A stretch of DNA of 64,000 nt from the human T2T-CHM13v2.0 reference genome, Homo sapiens (GCF_009914755.1 NC_060927.1); one strand, 5' to 3'; positions 1 through 14,944 are shown, numbered from the stretch's first letter. Numbers and translations: made by a program. Notes: generated by a model not told the origin, from the letters alone.

Positions 1-218
1 TCCACCTCATTTCACATACTACCAACTTATCACTAAAAAAAAAAAATTTTCTTAAGATCTCCTTGTCTCTCTATTTCCAACTTTTTAAAAGTCTGTTTCT
101 TACAAATGATATATAATTGGGATTTGTGTTTTAATCAACTTGATAGTATCTGAATTTAAAAGAATCCAGTCCATTAGCATTTACTATAACAAATGATAAT
201 CTTTAATAAACTGTAGTA

Positions 219-1277
219 CAGTCATGTGTCACTTAGTGATGCATATGTTGCTTAATGCATCATTAATTCCGTTGTGTGAACATCGTAAGAGTGTACTTAC
301 ACAAACCTAGATGGTAGAGCCTACTACGTCCCTTTATTGCCCGTGGGCTACAAAACTGTACAGAATATTACTGTACTAAATACTGTAGGCAACTATAACA
401 CAATTGTAAGTACTTGTGTATCTAAACATAGAAAAATACAGTATAAAAGATCAAAAACGGTACACCTGTATAGGACACTTACCATAAACAAAACATGCAG
501 GACTGGAAGTTGCTCTGGGTGAGTTAATGACTGAGTAGTGAGTGAATGTAAAGGCCTAGGACATTACTGTATATTGCTGTATATTTCATAAAGACTGTAT
601 GCTTAAGCTACACTATTTTTTAAAATTTCTCTAATAAATTAACCTTAGCTTAGCAGAACTTTTTAACTTTATAAACCTATCCATTTTTAAAGTTTTTGAC
701 TCTTTTGTAGTAAGAGAAACACACTGTACAGCTATACAAAAATACTTTATTTACATCTGTAGTCTATCAGTTTTTTCTATTTTTAAAATGTAGGCTTTTT
801 CTTTTTAAACTTTTTTTGTTAAAAACAAAGACACAAACACAGACATTAGCCCAGGTCTACACAGGGCCAGGGTAATCAACACCACTTCCACCTCCACATG
901 TTGTCCCACTGGAAGGTCTTCAGGGGCAGTAACACACAGGGAGCTGTCATCTCTAATAACAACAATACCTTCTTCTGGAATACCTCCTGAAAGACCTGCC
1001 TGGCTGTTTTACAGTTAACTTTTTTATAAGTAGAAGTACACTCTAAAATAACAAAGAATAAGTGGTAACACGTTTATCAAAATACTATGTACTGTATACA
1101 ATCTTAATATGTGTTATAGTTTTATACAGCTGGCAGCTCAGTAGGTTTGTTTACACCAGCATCACCACAAACACATGTGATGCATTGCACCACCATGTTA
1201 GAATGGCCATAATGTCATAGGCAATAAGAAGTCTGTGTCTGTCATTGACTAAAATGTCATTATGTAATGCATGACTA
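219..1277 (+). mobile_element. Tigger3/MER7-type TcMar DNA transposon fossil
   Basis: Starts TA|CAGTCATG and ends CATGACTA|TA (terminal inverted repeats, TA target duplication). Internal AGAGTGTACTTACACAAACCTAGATGG matches the Tigger3 consensus as recalled. Confidence 0.8.
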
Positions 1278-1479
1278 TATTTATTTTTGAATAGGTAATA
1301 CATTCACATGGTTCAAAAGACAAACCCTGTAGGCAAGCAATGTTACCAATTGTTTGTGTATCTTACCATATGTCCGTTATAAACATAGAAGCAGATAGCT
1401 TTCCATGTACATTAGTTTTCTTTTAATGTACACATATAAAAGTAAAAAAACTAATTACTAGTGCAGAGCTAGATGACTT

Positions 1480-3115
1480 TCCCAAAATGAACATATTCCA
1501 CTGTTAATGGCATTTGGGTTATCATTGTTAGCTATTAGGAGCAGTACTACATTTTGTACACATGTAAACAATTCTTTGGGATAAATACCTATAAGTGAGA
1601 TTTCTGGGTCGTAGTTTATACATATGCCCAGTATTAATAGATACCAGTTTTCATAATTGGTTGTTCTGTAAGTACTAAATGAGAGTTAAAGTATGTTTGC
1701 TATTTTCCTTATTTTTCATTTTAATCAACTGGTGGGTGTCAGATGGTATGATACTACCATTTAAATCTGCATTTCCCTTAAGATTGATAAAGTGGTAAAT
1801 CACTTCATGTTTATTGACCAATTCAACTTTTTTGCTCAAGTATCTGTTCGGCTCTGTGTTTTTTCGGATATATACATACAATGTAGAAAAATAATATATT
1901 TTGGATAAGAGTCCTTTGTTAGATATATGCATTGTAAATATCTATTCCCATTCTTTGACTTTTCATTCTTTTATTAGTGGTCTTTTCATAAATAGAAACT
2001 TAATTTTAATGTAGCCCAACTTATCGACTTTCTTACTGTATAGTTAGTGCTTTTGTTTCCTGTTTAAGAAAATCATTGTCTACCCCAAGGCCATGAAGAT
2101 ACTCTTTAGGTGTTTTTTCTAAAACGTTCCTTATTTTTACTCTTCACATTTAAATCTACAACCTGTCTTATACTGATTTTTGCATTTGGTATGAGGAAGG
2201 GGGTCAAATTTCAGTTTTTCCCCATATGTATATTCAATTGACCCAGCGTCATTTATTGAAATGACCATACTTTTAAGACTCTACTGTTGTCAATCTGAAG
2301 ACCATATGCTGTGGGTTTGTTTCTGCTCCATTCTGTTCCACTGGGCTGTCTATCATTATGACAAAATACTGCACTGTCTTTAGACTAATCCCCTAAGCAC
2401 CTGACATTTAAAAAAAATCAGTTAATAGCATCATTTAAAAACTTCATGTTCTATTTGTCACGAGAATATAAATAAAATATATATTTACTGATCTTGTATC
2501 CAGCCAACTTGTTAAATAGATTCACTTAATTTTAATAATAGATTTTAGATTTTCTATACTCTCACGTCATCTGAATAGTGAGTTTTATTTCTTCCTTTCC
2601 AATCTCTATACCTTTTTAATTTATCTTGCCTTATTAGGTTGGTTGGGACCACCAATACTAAGCTGAACATCACTGGTGATAATGAACATTCTTTTCTTAT
2701 TCCTAATCTTGAGGAAAGCTTTCAATAATTTGCCATTTAAAAAGATAATGCAGTAGATTTTTGGTAATTACTCTATCAGGGAAAGGAAGTTACTGTTTAT
2801 TCCTAGTGTGCTAATCTTTATCTTGAATAGGTATTAAATTTTATCAAATGCTATTCCACCTTTAATGAGATAATGTAATTTTTCTGCTTTTTTGTTAATG
2901 TGGGAAATTATATTAATTTCTAAATGTTAAACCATCTTTGCATTCCTGGAATAAACCTCATTTGGTAATAAGACATGATCCTTTTTATGTGTCACTGATT
3001 TTGATTTGCTACTGTTTTTAGAATTTTTGCAGTATGTTCATGAAAGATATTGAGCTATAATTTTCATTTGTTGTAGTATCCTTGTCAGGTTTTGCTATCA
3101 AGGTTATACTGGCCT
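1480..3115 (-). mobile_element. Ancient L1 (L1M-type) ORF2/3' remnants, antisense
   Basis: T-rich degenerate L1 motifs such as CAATTGACCCAGCGTCATTTATTGAAA and TTGCATTCCTGGAATAAACCTCATTTGG. Boundaries approximate. Confidence 0.65.
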
Positions 3116-4395
3116 TATAATCAAAGACACTATACGCTATTACATATTTAAAAAAAGACACTCAACTATATCTTCCCCACCAAGATGTATTTTGCTTTCA
3201 CTTCTCCCCACTTCTATCATAACGTGAATTATTTTTTACTTTAAAAAATTAAGTTTTAAATTTTTATTTATTTTTATTTTTTTACTTTTCCATTCTCTTT
3301 CAGGTTTTGATACCCATAGAATGCTTCTACTCCCCTGTGCTACCTGACCTCCTAAATTCCCTGAGACAGTTTAATACCTTTAGATTCGAATACTAGATTT
3401 TTCCCTTGCTGTGTGTTTCTATTCCAAGAATCCTTATTTAGCACTTATATTACAGATTCCTAGTCACTTTCTTAAGATCCATTTAGATACTAATTAGAAA
3501 TAGTTCTCATATTGCACATGAGAAAGGAATTTAGAAATTCTAGGGTTCGAAATAAAAAAGAAAATATTGTTAAGTAACAAACTTTGTACTGTTTCAACCT
3601 TTCTACCATCTTTTAGATCATTGTTGCAAATGATTAGTTCAAAGTCATTCTAATTTTTTTCTTCTGTAAAAACTTGTAAGGTAAAGGCTGACCTGGAAAA
3701 GTCGTACTTCACAACAGACACAAAAGTCACTTGTAGGAAGATTACAGATCTATATGTGAAAGTTAAAAAAAACTAGGAAGCTTTTAGAAAAAAACAATGG
3801 AGTCCATCTTTGTGACTTTGTAATAGGCCAAGAGTTCCCAAATGGAACACAATAAACACTAAATTGATCTATGTTAAAATCAAGGCACCATTAGGTGAGT
3901 AAAAAGGCAACTCACAGAATGGAAGAAAATATTTGCATGTTATATACCCATCAAAAGACTCCAGAATAACTCCTCCTACTTATAAGAGAAAGACAACGCA
4001 TTAAACAAATGAGCAAGAGACATAAACAGACACGTCAAAGAACATACAAATGGCCAATGAATATGTAAAATGATATTTTTATTAATTAATAAAATATTAA
4101 TTTAAATTATAATGCAATACTACTGTATAGACATTAGAATTGCTAAAATGAAAAAGTGAAAAATATCAACTGCTGGCAAGAATGCAGACTGACCAAATAT
4201 TCATAAACTGGTCCAACTGACTTTTTTTGAAAACTGTTTCATAGTGACTACTGAACTTACGTATATCCTATGACACAGTGATTCCACTCCTAGATATAAA
4301 GCTAAAACAAGCTGTCCATAAGCTCACCAAAAGACATTCAGAAAATGGTAAATGCAGGTTTCTTTATAATAGCTGATGTTCATAAACAAAAGAAC

Positions 4396-4515
4396 ACCAA
4401 TTGTGCTCCTTTCCTCCTGGGGCCCAGTGTGCAATGGCTGCAAACAGCTGCCTCCTTGGTAGTATACATGGCCTGTTGCTTGTATGGGTTGGCCTAAGAA
4501 ACCTGAGAGACAGCC
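4396..4515 (+). pseudogene. SNORA70: SNORA70 (U70) box H/ACA snoRNA retrocopy, degenerate
   Basis: CCTTTCCTCCTGGGGCCCAGTGTGCAATGGCTGCAAACAGC...CCTTGGTAGT...GCCTGTTGCTTGTATGGGTTG...GAGACAGCC matches recalled SNORA70. ACA box at 4510-4512. The H box appears mutated (ACAGCT) and the 5' end is shortened. Confidence 0.85.
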
Positions 4516-4564
4516 CTTTCCAATGTACATTCATGTCTCTGACCTCCTGCTGTCCCCCATCTAG

Positions 4565-4947
4565 GCTTCTGAGAGCTATTATGCAAGGTGTCTTTGGAAA
4601 GCCCCCAGGGCACCGTGACCAGGGTTCACAGTGGCCAAGTCATCATGTCCATCCACACAAATCTGCAAAATAAGGAGCATGCAACTAAGGCCCCATGCAG
4701 CGCCAAGTTCAAGGTCCCTGGCTGCCCAAAGACCCACATCTCAAAGTGGGGCTTTACCAAATTTAATGTGGATAAATGTGAAGACATGGCGGCTGAGAAG
4801 TGGCTCATCCCAGATGGTTGTGAGGTCAAAAACATCCACAAATGTGGCCCCCGGACAAGTGGTGAGCACTACATTCGTGAGGGTGTTCACTGTAATGTCC
4901 CCTTATTCATGCTCACCAATAAATCATACTCCCTTGTCCAAAAAAAG
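4565..4947 (+). pseudogene. RPL10: Partial processed pseudogene of ribosomal protein L10 (uL16), last two exons
   Basis: Translation [32 protein letters not shown]...KFKVPG...[11 protein letters not shown]...[13 protein letters not shown] matches the RPL10 C-terminus. It has frameshifts and a premature TGA (4863-4865). The original stop is at 4878-4880, AATAAA at 4918-4923 and an A-tail at 4940-4947. Confidence 0.92.
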
Positions 4948-5065
4948 AATCAATCTAACAATCTACAACTATATGAAATATGAGTGAATCTCATCACATT
5001 ATGTTGAACCAAAGAAAGTCTAGATAGAAAACGTATTATATGCTTTTATTTATACAAAGTTCCAA

Positions 5066-6242
5066 AATATATATGTACATGTGTATATACACACACACGT
5101 GTACGTACACACACGTGTACGTACACACACGTGCATGTACACGCACGTGTATATATACATATACACACATGTGTATATATACATACACATATACATGTAT
5201 GTGTGTATATATGTTCACATGTGTATGTATACATATACATGTATACATACACATACATATATACATATACATGTATACATGTGAGTATATATATACATAT
5301 ATGCACACATATGTATATATGTATATATACACATACATATACACGCGTATATATACTCATATACATGTGTATATACACGCGTATATATACTCATATACAT
5401 GTGTATATACACGCGTATATATACTCATATACATGTGTATATACACGCGTATATATACTCATATACATGTGTATATACACGCGTATATATACTCATATAC
5501 ATGTGTATATACACGCGTATATATACTCATATACATGTGTATATACACGCGTATATATACTCATATACATGTGTATATACACGCGTATATATACTCATAT
5601 ACATGTGTATATACACGCGTATATATACTCATATACATGTGTATATACACGCGTATATATACTCATATACATGTGTATATACACGCGTATATATACTCAT
5701 ATACATGTGTATATACACGCGTATATATACTCATATACATGTGTATATACACGCGTATATATACTCATATACATGTGTATATACACGCGTATATATACTC
5801 ATATACATGAGTATATACACGCGTATATATACTCATATACATGAGTATATACACGCGTATATATACTCATATACATGTGTATATACACGCGTATATATAC
5901 TCATATACATGTGTATATACACGCGTATATATACTCATATACATGTGTGTATACACGCGTATATATACTCATATACATGTGTGTATACACGCGTATATAT
6001 ACTCATATACATGTGTGTATACACGCGTATATATACTCATATACATGTGTGTATACACGTATATATACTCATATACATGTGTGTATATACATGTATATAT
6101 ACTCATATACATGTGTGTATATACGTATATATACACATATACATGTGTATGAGTATATATACATATATACATACACGTATATATACATACATATACGTAT
6201 ATATACATATATGTGTATATATATGTGTACATATATATGTAT
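5066..6242. repeat. TA/CA-rich minisatellite; core of 21 tandem copies of 34-bp ACACGCGTATATATACTCATATACATGTGTATAT (5341-6054)
   Basis: Units start at 5341 and 6021, 680 bp = 20 x 34 apart. Flanks are degenerate (TA/CA/TG)n. Confidence 0.97.
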
Positions 6243-6496
6243 GCTGTTAGAAGTCAGTATAGTGGTTATAGCAGTTTACCAAGCAGTCATCCTTGGTAAA
6301 GGTAAGGAATAGGAAGGGGTAGGTACTGACTAAAAGGGAGCACAAGAAGAGTTCTAGAATACTGGTAACATTCTACATCCTGATCTAGACACTGGCTACA
6401 TAATTGTGTCCCTATTATAAAAATACAGAAATCTGTGCATTTGGATTTTTCTGTATTTTGCAGTTTTTTAAAAGTTTCGGCATTTTGCAGTTTTTA

Positions 6497-6667
<171 letters not shown>

Positions 6668-7802
6668 TTATCTACAAGATAAATATAAAATTTATGTGTA
6701 TTTTCTTTCATCTATTTATTTGGGCTTCTAATATAGAACACACTCCTGTAAAGTTTATACTTAAAACATATGTCTTACAATTATGATATACATAAATTGG
6801 CTGTGTCATTTATTAAAACATAGTGATTCATGTGGCAATAAATAAATCATTAAATTTCTTTATCCACGAATACACATCACTATTAAAATTTTCAGTGTCT
6901 CAATTGCTCTATTTTTTTAAGATTGTGTTCACTTTGTAAAAATTCAAAGGACAGAAGAATATCCTAATACATTATACAGCTGCTTACTTATAAAGCACCT
7001 AAAATTACCAGGCATTAAATTTGTCTCTGCAAATAAAGAAGTAAGGGGCAGCAACCCGCGTTACACAACTCCAAGAGGTACTGTGGGACCCCTAGCATTA
7101 TATTCTATGTGACTGATGTATCCTAGATTTGGGAGATGGTGCCCTGACAGGGAGTTCACAGTCTGAAGATGACAGAAAGAGATAATACAAGGTAATATAA
7201 AATACAATGCTATAATGGAGGAATGTAGGAGACACTATGGAACAAAGAATATTGTCTCAGTATTAAACCCAGACTCGAGTCTTAAAAACAAAAATAGAAG
7301 TTAGGCATATAAGAGAGAAAGTATTCTAGTCTTCCAGAGGGAACACTCTAGAGGAAATAGCACATGGATACATAAAAGGGCATTTCTAGTGAGCTGGAAG
7401 TTCTATTTATTGTCTGATATTAGACAAAAAAACAAAATGTGTGAAGAAATAAGGTTGAGAGGTTGTTAGGGATCAGATTTTGAAGGGCTATACTGAGAAT
7501 CTGGATATTCACCTTGAATGCAATGGTAGGTCAAAGATTTTAAAAGGGATATCTGGTTGAAGAAAAAGTTTTGAGCATATTTATAAGTTAAAGGGGAAGG
7601 GTCAACTGAATAGGAGGCCCCGAAGAGAGAGGAGCAACTGCTTCAGAAAAGACAAAATGAGGCAATACATAGAGTAATGGTACATATTTATGAGTGAAAC
7701 TGGATGAAACTAAGTAAGAATTTGGTATAAACATAGGTACGTTTGTCCAGGGGCAAGGATTTCAGGGAGCTCCAATCAAATGGGGCTCCATTTAGATATT
7801 TA

Positions 7803-8178
<376 letters not shown>

Positions 8179-9499
8179 ATGAAAGATCCACTGTAGGAAA
8201 TGAGAAAGCTGACAAGTAAATATAAGAGGTCTGGCCCAGGTAAAGTTGTGTGATTTTCTAAAGCTGTAATTAGTAACCATGCAGTTAAGTTAGACTTTGG
8301 AAGAGATTCAGGATTGGGTTATTGTTCAATGGCATACCAGAAAAACAAGAGGAATTGCCAGAGGTGATTCTGGGATTCTACGATAGAGTATAAAATAGAT
8401 AATAGAACTGAGAGATTTACAGAATAAATGATTAAGCTACCTCTTATTAATGCTAAACTGGATTATCTTTTAGTCTTCCAGACGAGGTTTATTCAAAGGA
8501 ATTTTTCTGTTTACTATGAAGATGCTGAATAAGCACTATCTGGTGGGTAGAATAGATATACATGGATATTGGGAGAATCTCACAACAGATGAAGAGAAGG
8601 CAGGTCATGGGAAGGCACTCTGGAAGAAAAAGCTCACCTATCTAGAGATTCTTAAGAGAAGAAAAAGTGAAATGCTAAAGTGAATACTTCTTGGTTTTGC
8701 AAAGTATCAGCTGAGCCATATGAACAATGGTCAAGTTTGCCCTAGTGCTTAGCTTTCATTAAAATAAAACTTATAGATTCTATGTTTCTTAAACATCAGG
8801 GACTGTGTCTTCAAATCCTATTGCTGCTAAGTGCCTGATCATAGGTGGGGTTCAGTAAATGTTTTCTTGTGTGTGAAACTCTTTGAAACAATTTCAATTA
8901 TTTCCTAATTTAGGATGACAAAGCAGCATAGGCCCCAGCAAAATTTAAGTTAGAATGCACAAAGGCCACAAGCTTGTTGGAAAACAATTACTACCTGATC
9001 TCAAAACATAAATGATCATATGAAATACACTGAGATAGAAAGGACATATGTTCCTATTTTACCTATGAAAAGAGGCACACACCAAAGGAAACATTATCCA
9101 TTTTTATACAAAAAATAAAGACACAAACATAATGACATCAATGTTTCAACACTGTTTCATTTATTTATAATTTATGTAGAAATATTTATTTTTATTGTTC
9201 CTATAATAAAAATACTCTTTCAAATAATCGTAATGCTACTTACGTTTTAAAACTGGTTTTAAAATAAATTAGCCAAGATGTCTATATTTTGGAGAATGGC
9301 ACAACCCTATTGATCTAAAGCAAAGACTGAAATACACACATAGACAATGACCTGTTATACTTTCCATTTCAGTTCAGGAAAGAAAAAAGAGTGTGAGTAA
9401 AGCACATCAAAACATTTTAGTCTACTGTGAATCAGTAGAATCCAAGTTTATTATATTTTAAGAAGACAATTCTGTTTATAACCAACACATCTTGGTTTA

Positions 9500-9697
<198 letters not shown>

Positions 9698-9824
9698 TTA
9701 GAAAAAGCATATTAGACAAAAAATTAAGTTGACACCATCCTAAAAGGTAAAAATAAAAAAGTCTCAATGACTTTTAAAATATCAGACTATAAACTTCAGA
9801 ATAAATTTGAAAAATTGTATTTAC

Positions 9825-9947
9825 CTTTTCCCCCACCTCTTCATTTAATGTCAAACTGGATAATATTGAAAGTGCAAACACAACCACAGTTAAACTACTA
9901 TGGGCCAACAAGGTGATAAGAGTTCGATAAAAAGATTTCACATTACT
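9825..9947 (-). CDS. CIP2A: CIP2A exon 6 (123 nt; [41 protein letters not shown])
   Basis: TTTTCCTCAG acceptor, GTAAAT donor, phase 0-0. Confidence 0.97.
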
Positions 9948-10693
9948 CTGAGGAAAAAAAAGTTAAAAAATAAATTAGAATTATAAATTTTATGTTTTGG
10001 TTTAAAAAGTATATCTTGCACAGAGTGGGCAAACTTTTATTAAACATCATTATCAACTCTATTAAATGATTGTTGCATTTAAAAGATAAATGTTCTACAG
10101 GAGAAATTTAGATCAGAGATAAATTTAAATTCAAAAATTGTTATAAAGAGAGTACCTACAGAAAAAAATAATTTGGTAAATGCGTGCAAACGAGTTGGAG
10201 ATAAATATTTCCAAAGTTTTGTCACCTTAGAATAAATAATTCAATGATGGTAAATCAGGGTGTCAATTCTAATAAAGGGACACATGCAGAGTGGAAACAA
10301 AAGAGCTACCTTAAATACTGCAGGATTTGTGTTAACAAAAGAACTGTAGCATTTGTTAGCATTTGTGTTAACAAAAGAACTGTAATGAGGAACTCTCATA
10401 ATTGTGGTGGAAGCAAAAAAAATTCAGCAAATTTAAGAATTTGTTTTACGTTACACACCGTGGAGCAGCAATTAACTTTGCCATATTTGCTGATTAGCAT
10501 TTAGATTTAAGAGATCACTGCATGTGTGAGCAAGATGGGTAGTTTCGTATATTGCTGACAGTCATATAGATAGCCACAATCTTGGTGAAGAGCAGTTTCT
10601 ACACATGAAACTATGAGCAAATGTTTATTCTTCCTTATATTTAAGTGTTTCCTAAATATGAACATATGAACTTTTTTTTCAATTCAGAAATTG

Positions 10694-10695
<2 letters not shown>

Positions 10696-10746
<51 letters not shown>
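10696..10746. repeat. (CA)n microsatellite, ~25 units
   Basis: Perfect dinucleotide run seen directly. Confidence 0.98.
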
Positions 10747-10749
<3 letters not shown>

Positions 10750-10874
10750 ACTCCACCTCCAAAGTAAGACCAGGGCAGAAAAATGTAGCACTTGAACAAG
10801 TGAGATATTAAATTTAAAATCGAACGGGTAATGCTGAATAGCACAGCAGGGAAATTGTTCACCAAGCACCTTAA

Positions 10875-11196
<322 letters not shown>

Positions 11197-11606
11197 TGAT
11201 TTAATATACTTCTAAAAGTGATTCAGTTAAATTCATTTGTGTGTCTTCATTTATCACAAGTACTGTTGGTTCATACTGAGCACTTAACTCATGAATCTTT
11301 CTGGTGGGGTTGCCATTGATTTTGTGGAAACACAAGACTGAGATAAATGGGACTGCCAGTGATGTGCCTCCCTTCTAAGAGCACAAAATAATTTAGTAAT
11401 TCTTGTACTACTCAATGTAATAAATAATGGGATGCCATGCTGAGGAAAACTTTTAGAAATAAGTGTTTGCATTAACCCTTAACACACAGTCTTCAATACA
11501 ACATACACGAAGGCTGAAGTGCTTCAAGTTATTTGTATGTCAATCTGACTCTTAATTTTGATGGGTCATCCGATAAGACACAGAATCCTTGTTCAAATTT
11601 GTTTTA

Positions 11607-11792
<186 letters not shown>

Positions 11793-12379
11793 TTACATTG
11801 GTGTTTTGTTTAAAGAAAAAATAGTAAAAGAAAAAAAGCATTAACATTATTCTAAGTCAAAATGATATAGTTAAGTTTATACATTTCAATTCCCTTTTAC
11901 ACGCAAAAAAAAAAACTAATTAACATAAGAAGCCAGGGAAGCTTTGAATAGTATTGATCATTTATCTCATTTTAAAACCAAATTACCCTATTCAATTCCA
12001 TCATGAAAACATGGAAGTAACTGTCAGCGTGGACCATGTGCTGTTTCATCAGTATATTTTCCTACAAGAATAACTACACAATTTTCAATTTCAGTAATTT
12101 TTTTCTGGCCAAATCAATTCAGTCCATAAATTTTTCTTATGAAAATTAAAGTTGCTTTACAATTTTTTTTTCCTTTTTACATTTTTTCACCAATGAATGA
12201 GGTCACATACTTTTACAACTTTTGATCCTTAAAATCATCTGGGCAGAACAAATAAGAATCGGAGTCTCACTCAGTTTATATGTTAGAAAATGTTATCTAA
12301 GAAAAATTAATCTACCACATGGTTGTAATTTAAAAATAAACAAATAAACTATTTGGTTTTATGTTTGATTGCATACTCA

Positions 12380-12493
<114 letters not shown>

Positions 12494-13198
12494 TTATAAA
12501 TATAAAGATATAAAAACATTGCCTGCTTAAAATAATGGACTCTCAGGCACATTCTGAGCATGTCCTTTTCCATTTCCTAAAACAATTTTTTTAAAAAACA
12601 CATGTAAAGTAATGTAAGAACCTTAGGGCTCTTCTCTCAATTCACACATTTCTACGTATTCTGTCTCAGAGCATGGTTATCAACCTTGTTCACTTAGTCA
12701 TCTTAAACTTGAATGCAGTTTGAAACACACATGTAGTCCATCAATTAGAAGATACCCTTCTTCACATTTTATCACCTCTAAAACTGCATGTCAATTTAAT
12801 TTGTGATGTTTTTCTTTCTTACAATTGATGACATTTTAGAGTCAATGAAATATGAAGAGCTTTGAATCTATATTAAATAGACTCTATCTACAGCTTTAAT
12901 TTTTGTAGAACGTTTCCTCCACAGATTGAGACTAGATGCCAACTCACGTTACAATTTTAATATAAATAGCTTATGTCTCAAAACACAGACATCTGTGTTT
13001 ATAAGTCAAAGCAGTTATAATGTAGATTTGTTTTTCTTCAATAGTGGTGATAGAAATGGATAAGCTTCTCTTCTCTAGAAACATTTAAATTGTATGTGTG
13101 CAACCAGCTTTTAATGAGATGAACTGTGCCTAATCATGTAGTATTTATTATATAGCATATATACACTGTAAGTCAGCAGTTTATGACAGAAACTATCA

Positions 13199-13363
<165 letters not shown>

Positions 13364-13648
13364 TTAAAATAAAAGCACAAAATATATCATTTTCTTACAA
13401 GGTTTTGCAGATAATTCATACAGAATTTATTTCATATGAATTTATTATTAAAAAAGGTATGATATGGCTATTTTCTTATTTTCTTTATGATAACCCTCCA
13501 ATTCAGAAATTCAAATGATTTCTCTATGTAAAATAAACTAGTATCAAAGAAAAAACTTGTTTACACATTTGTAGCAAGCTTTTTCTTTGATACTAATTAT
13601 TTTAGTATCAAATTAAAATCATTTACTTTGAATATTAAAAGATTATCA

Positions 13649-14191
13649 CTTTATGGTATATTTACACAATGGAATACTATTTGGCCATATAAAAGAATGC
13701 ATGCCATTTGCAGCAACACGGATGGAACTGAAGGCCATTAGGTTAAGTGAAATAAGCCAGACACAGAAAGAAAAATATTGCATGTATTCATTCATGTGTA
13801 GGAGCTAAAAAAGTTGATCTCATGGAAGTGGAGAATGACAGTTACCAGAGGCTGGGAAGAATATGGGTGAGTGTGTGGTGATGGGAGGTGTGAGGGGGAG
13901 CCGTTAGTGGGGGAGATGAAGACAGATTGATTAATGGATATAAACACACAATCAGATGGAATAAGTTCTAATGTTTGATAGTAGAGTAAGGTGACTATAG
14001 TTAACAATGTATTGTATATTTCAAAATATGACTTGAAATGTTCTAAATACATAGAAATGATAAATCCTCATTTGTGATGGATATCCTAAATACCCTCAAT
14101 TGATCATCACATACTTTATGCAGGTAACAAAATATCATATGTACCCCATAAGTTTGTATAAATATTATGTATCTGTGAAAAAATTAATTTA
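13649..14191 (+). mobile_element. 5'-truncated L1MA-type 3' end with 12-bp TSD
   Basis: Motifs GCAGCAACACGGATGGAACTG and TTAAGTGAAATAAGCCAG. TSD AAAAGATTATCA at 13637-13648 and 14192-14203. Confidence 0.85.
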
Positions 14192-14744
14192 AAAAGATTA
14201 TCATTTCAATTTTTCTGGAAACCTCAAATGCTTCTAAAGTATAAACACTGGAAGTGACTGGCATATTCATTCAAACTGTTGGTGGATGTTAGAAGTGGAA
14301 GAATCTTTTCAGAAAGCAATTTAGTAACGGTTATCAAATTTTAGAATGATCTAGAAATTCTAATGGAATTTATCTAATAGAAACACACTAATATTTGAGC
14401 AAAATTACATAGAATGTTCACTGCACTATTGATTCCAATAGCAAAAACTTAAAGACAGTTGACTGTCCACTATTAGGGGAATAGTTGAATAAATTACAGT
14501 ACCCTGTAATTAAGGCACTAGGCAGCTATTAAAGATACTGATATGGAAAGAAACATCTGGTGCTCCACAACACCATTTGTGCTGAAAACAACCAATTAAA
14601 GATCCAAAAGTATTGTTTTGTTACAGCACAGAAAAATATCTGCAAAGAAACATACCAAACCATTAAATGAGATTATACCCTCAAAGCTGAAAAGATGAGG
14701 GCTGGTGGTAATGGGTACAGGCTCACCCCATTTTACTCTATGTC

Positions 14745-14944
14745 TGGGCTGTCTAATTTGGTAGCCACTAGCCTTCATGTGGCTATTTCAATTTAGATTA
14801 ATTAAAATTAAAGATTCAGTTCCTTAGTCTATTACCCACACTTCGAATGCTTAATAGCTCCATGTGGCTAGTGGCTGCTACATTGGATAACACAGTTTTA
14901 AAACCATTCTGTCACTGAAGAAAGTTTTATTGGACAATGCTGCT
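14745..14944. mobile_element. MER3-like hAT-Charlie MITE
   Basis: Internal inverted motifs TAGCCACTAGCC / GGCTAGTGGCTG and terminal TATTGGACAATGCTG. Confidence 0.75.

Larger units (their letters stand above)
3720..6480 (+). mobile_element. Ancient L1 (L1MC/L1ME-like) ORF2 end and 3' UTR, interrupted by a retrocopy (4396-4947) and a minisatellite (5066-6242)
   Basis: L1 motifs GAATGGAAGAAAATATTTGCA and ATTCCACTCCTAGATATA precede the inserts. GTGAATCTCA...ATTATGTTGAA lies between them and TAGAAGTCAGTATAGTGGTTA follows them, in the expected L1 order. Confidence 0.65.

Noticed and set aside
4073-4097. AT-only palindrome TTTTATTAATTAATAAAA
   Set aside because: Low complexity and expected by chance in AT-rich L1 remnants.
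4588-4983. 131-aa ORF as a functional RPL10-like gene
   Set aside because: Lacks the N-terminal part, has frameshifts at both ends, a codon deletion and a premature stop in the RPL10 frame.
5036-6312. Long Y/I/H/T-rich ORFs (up to 283 aa) in several frames
   Set aside because: Artefacts of a stop-poor 34-bp minisatellite, with no coding signature.
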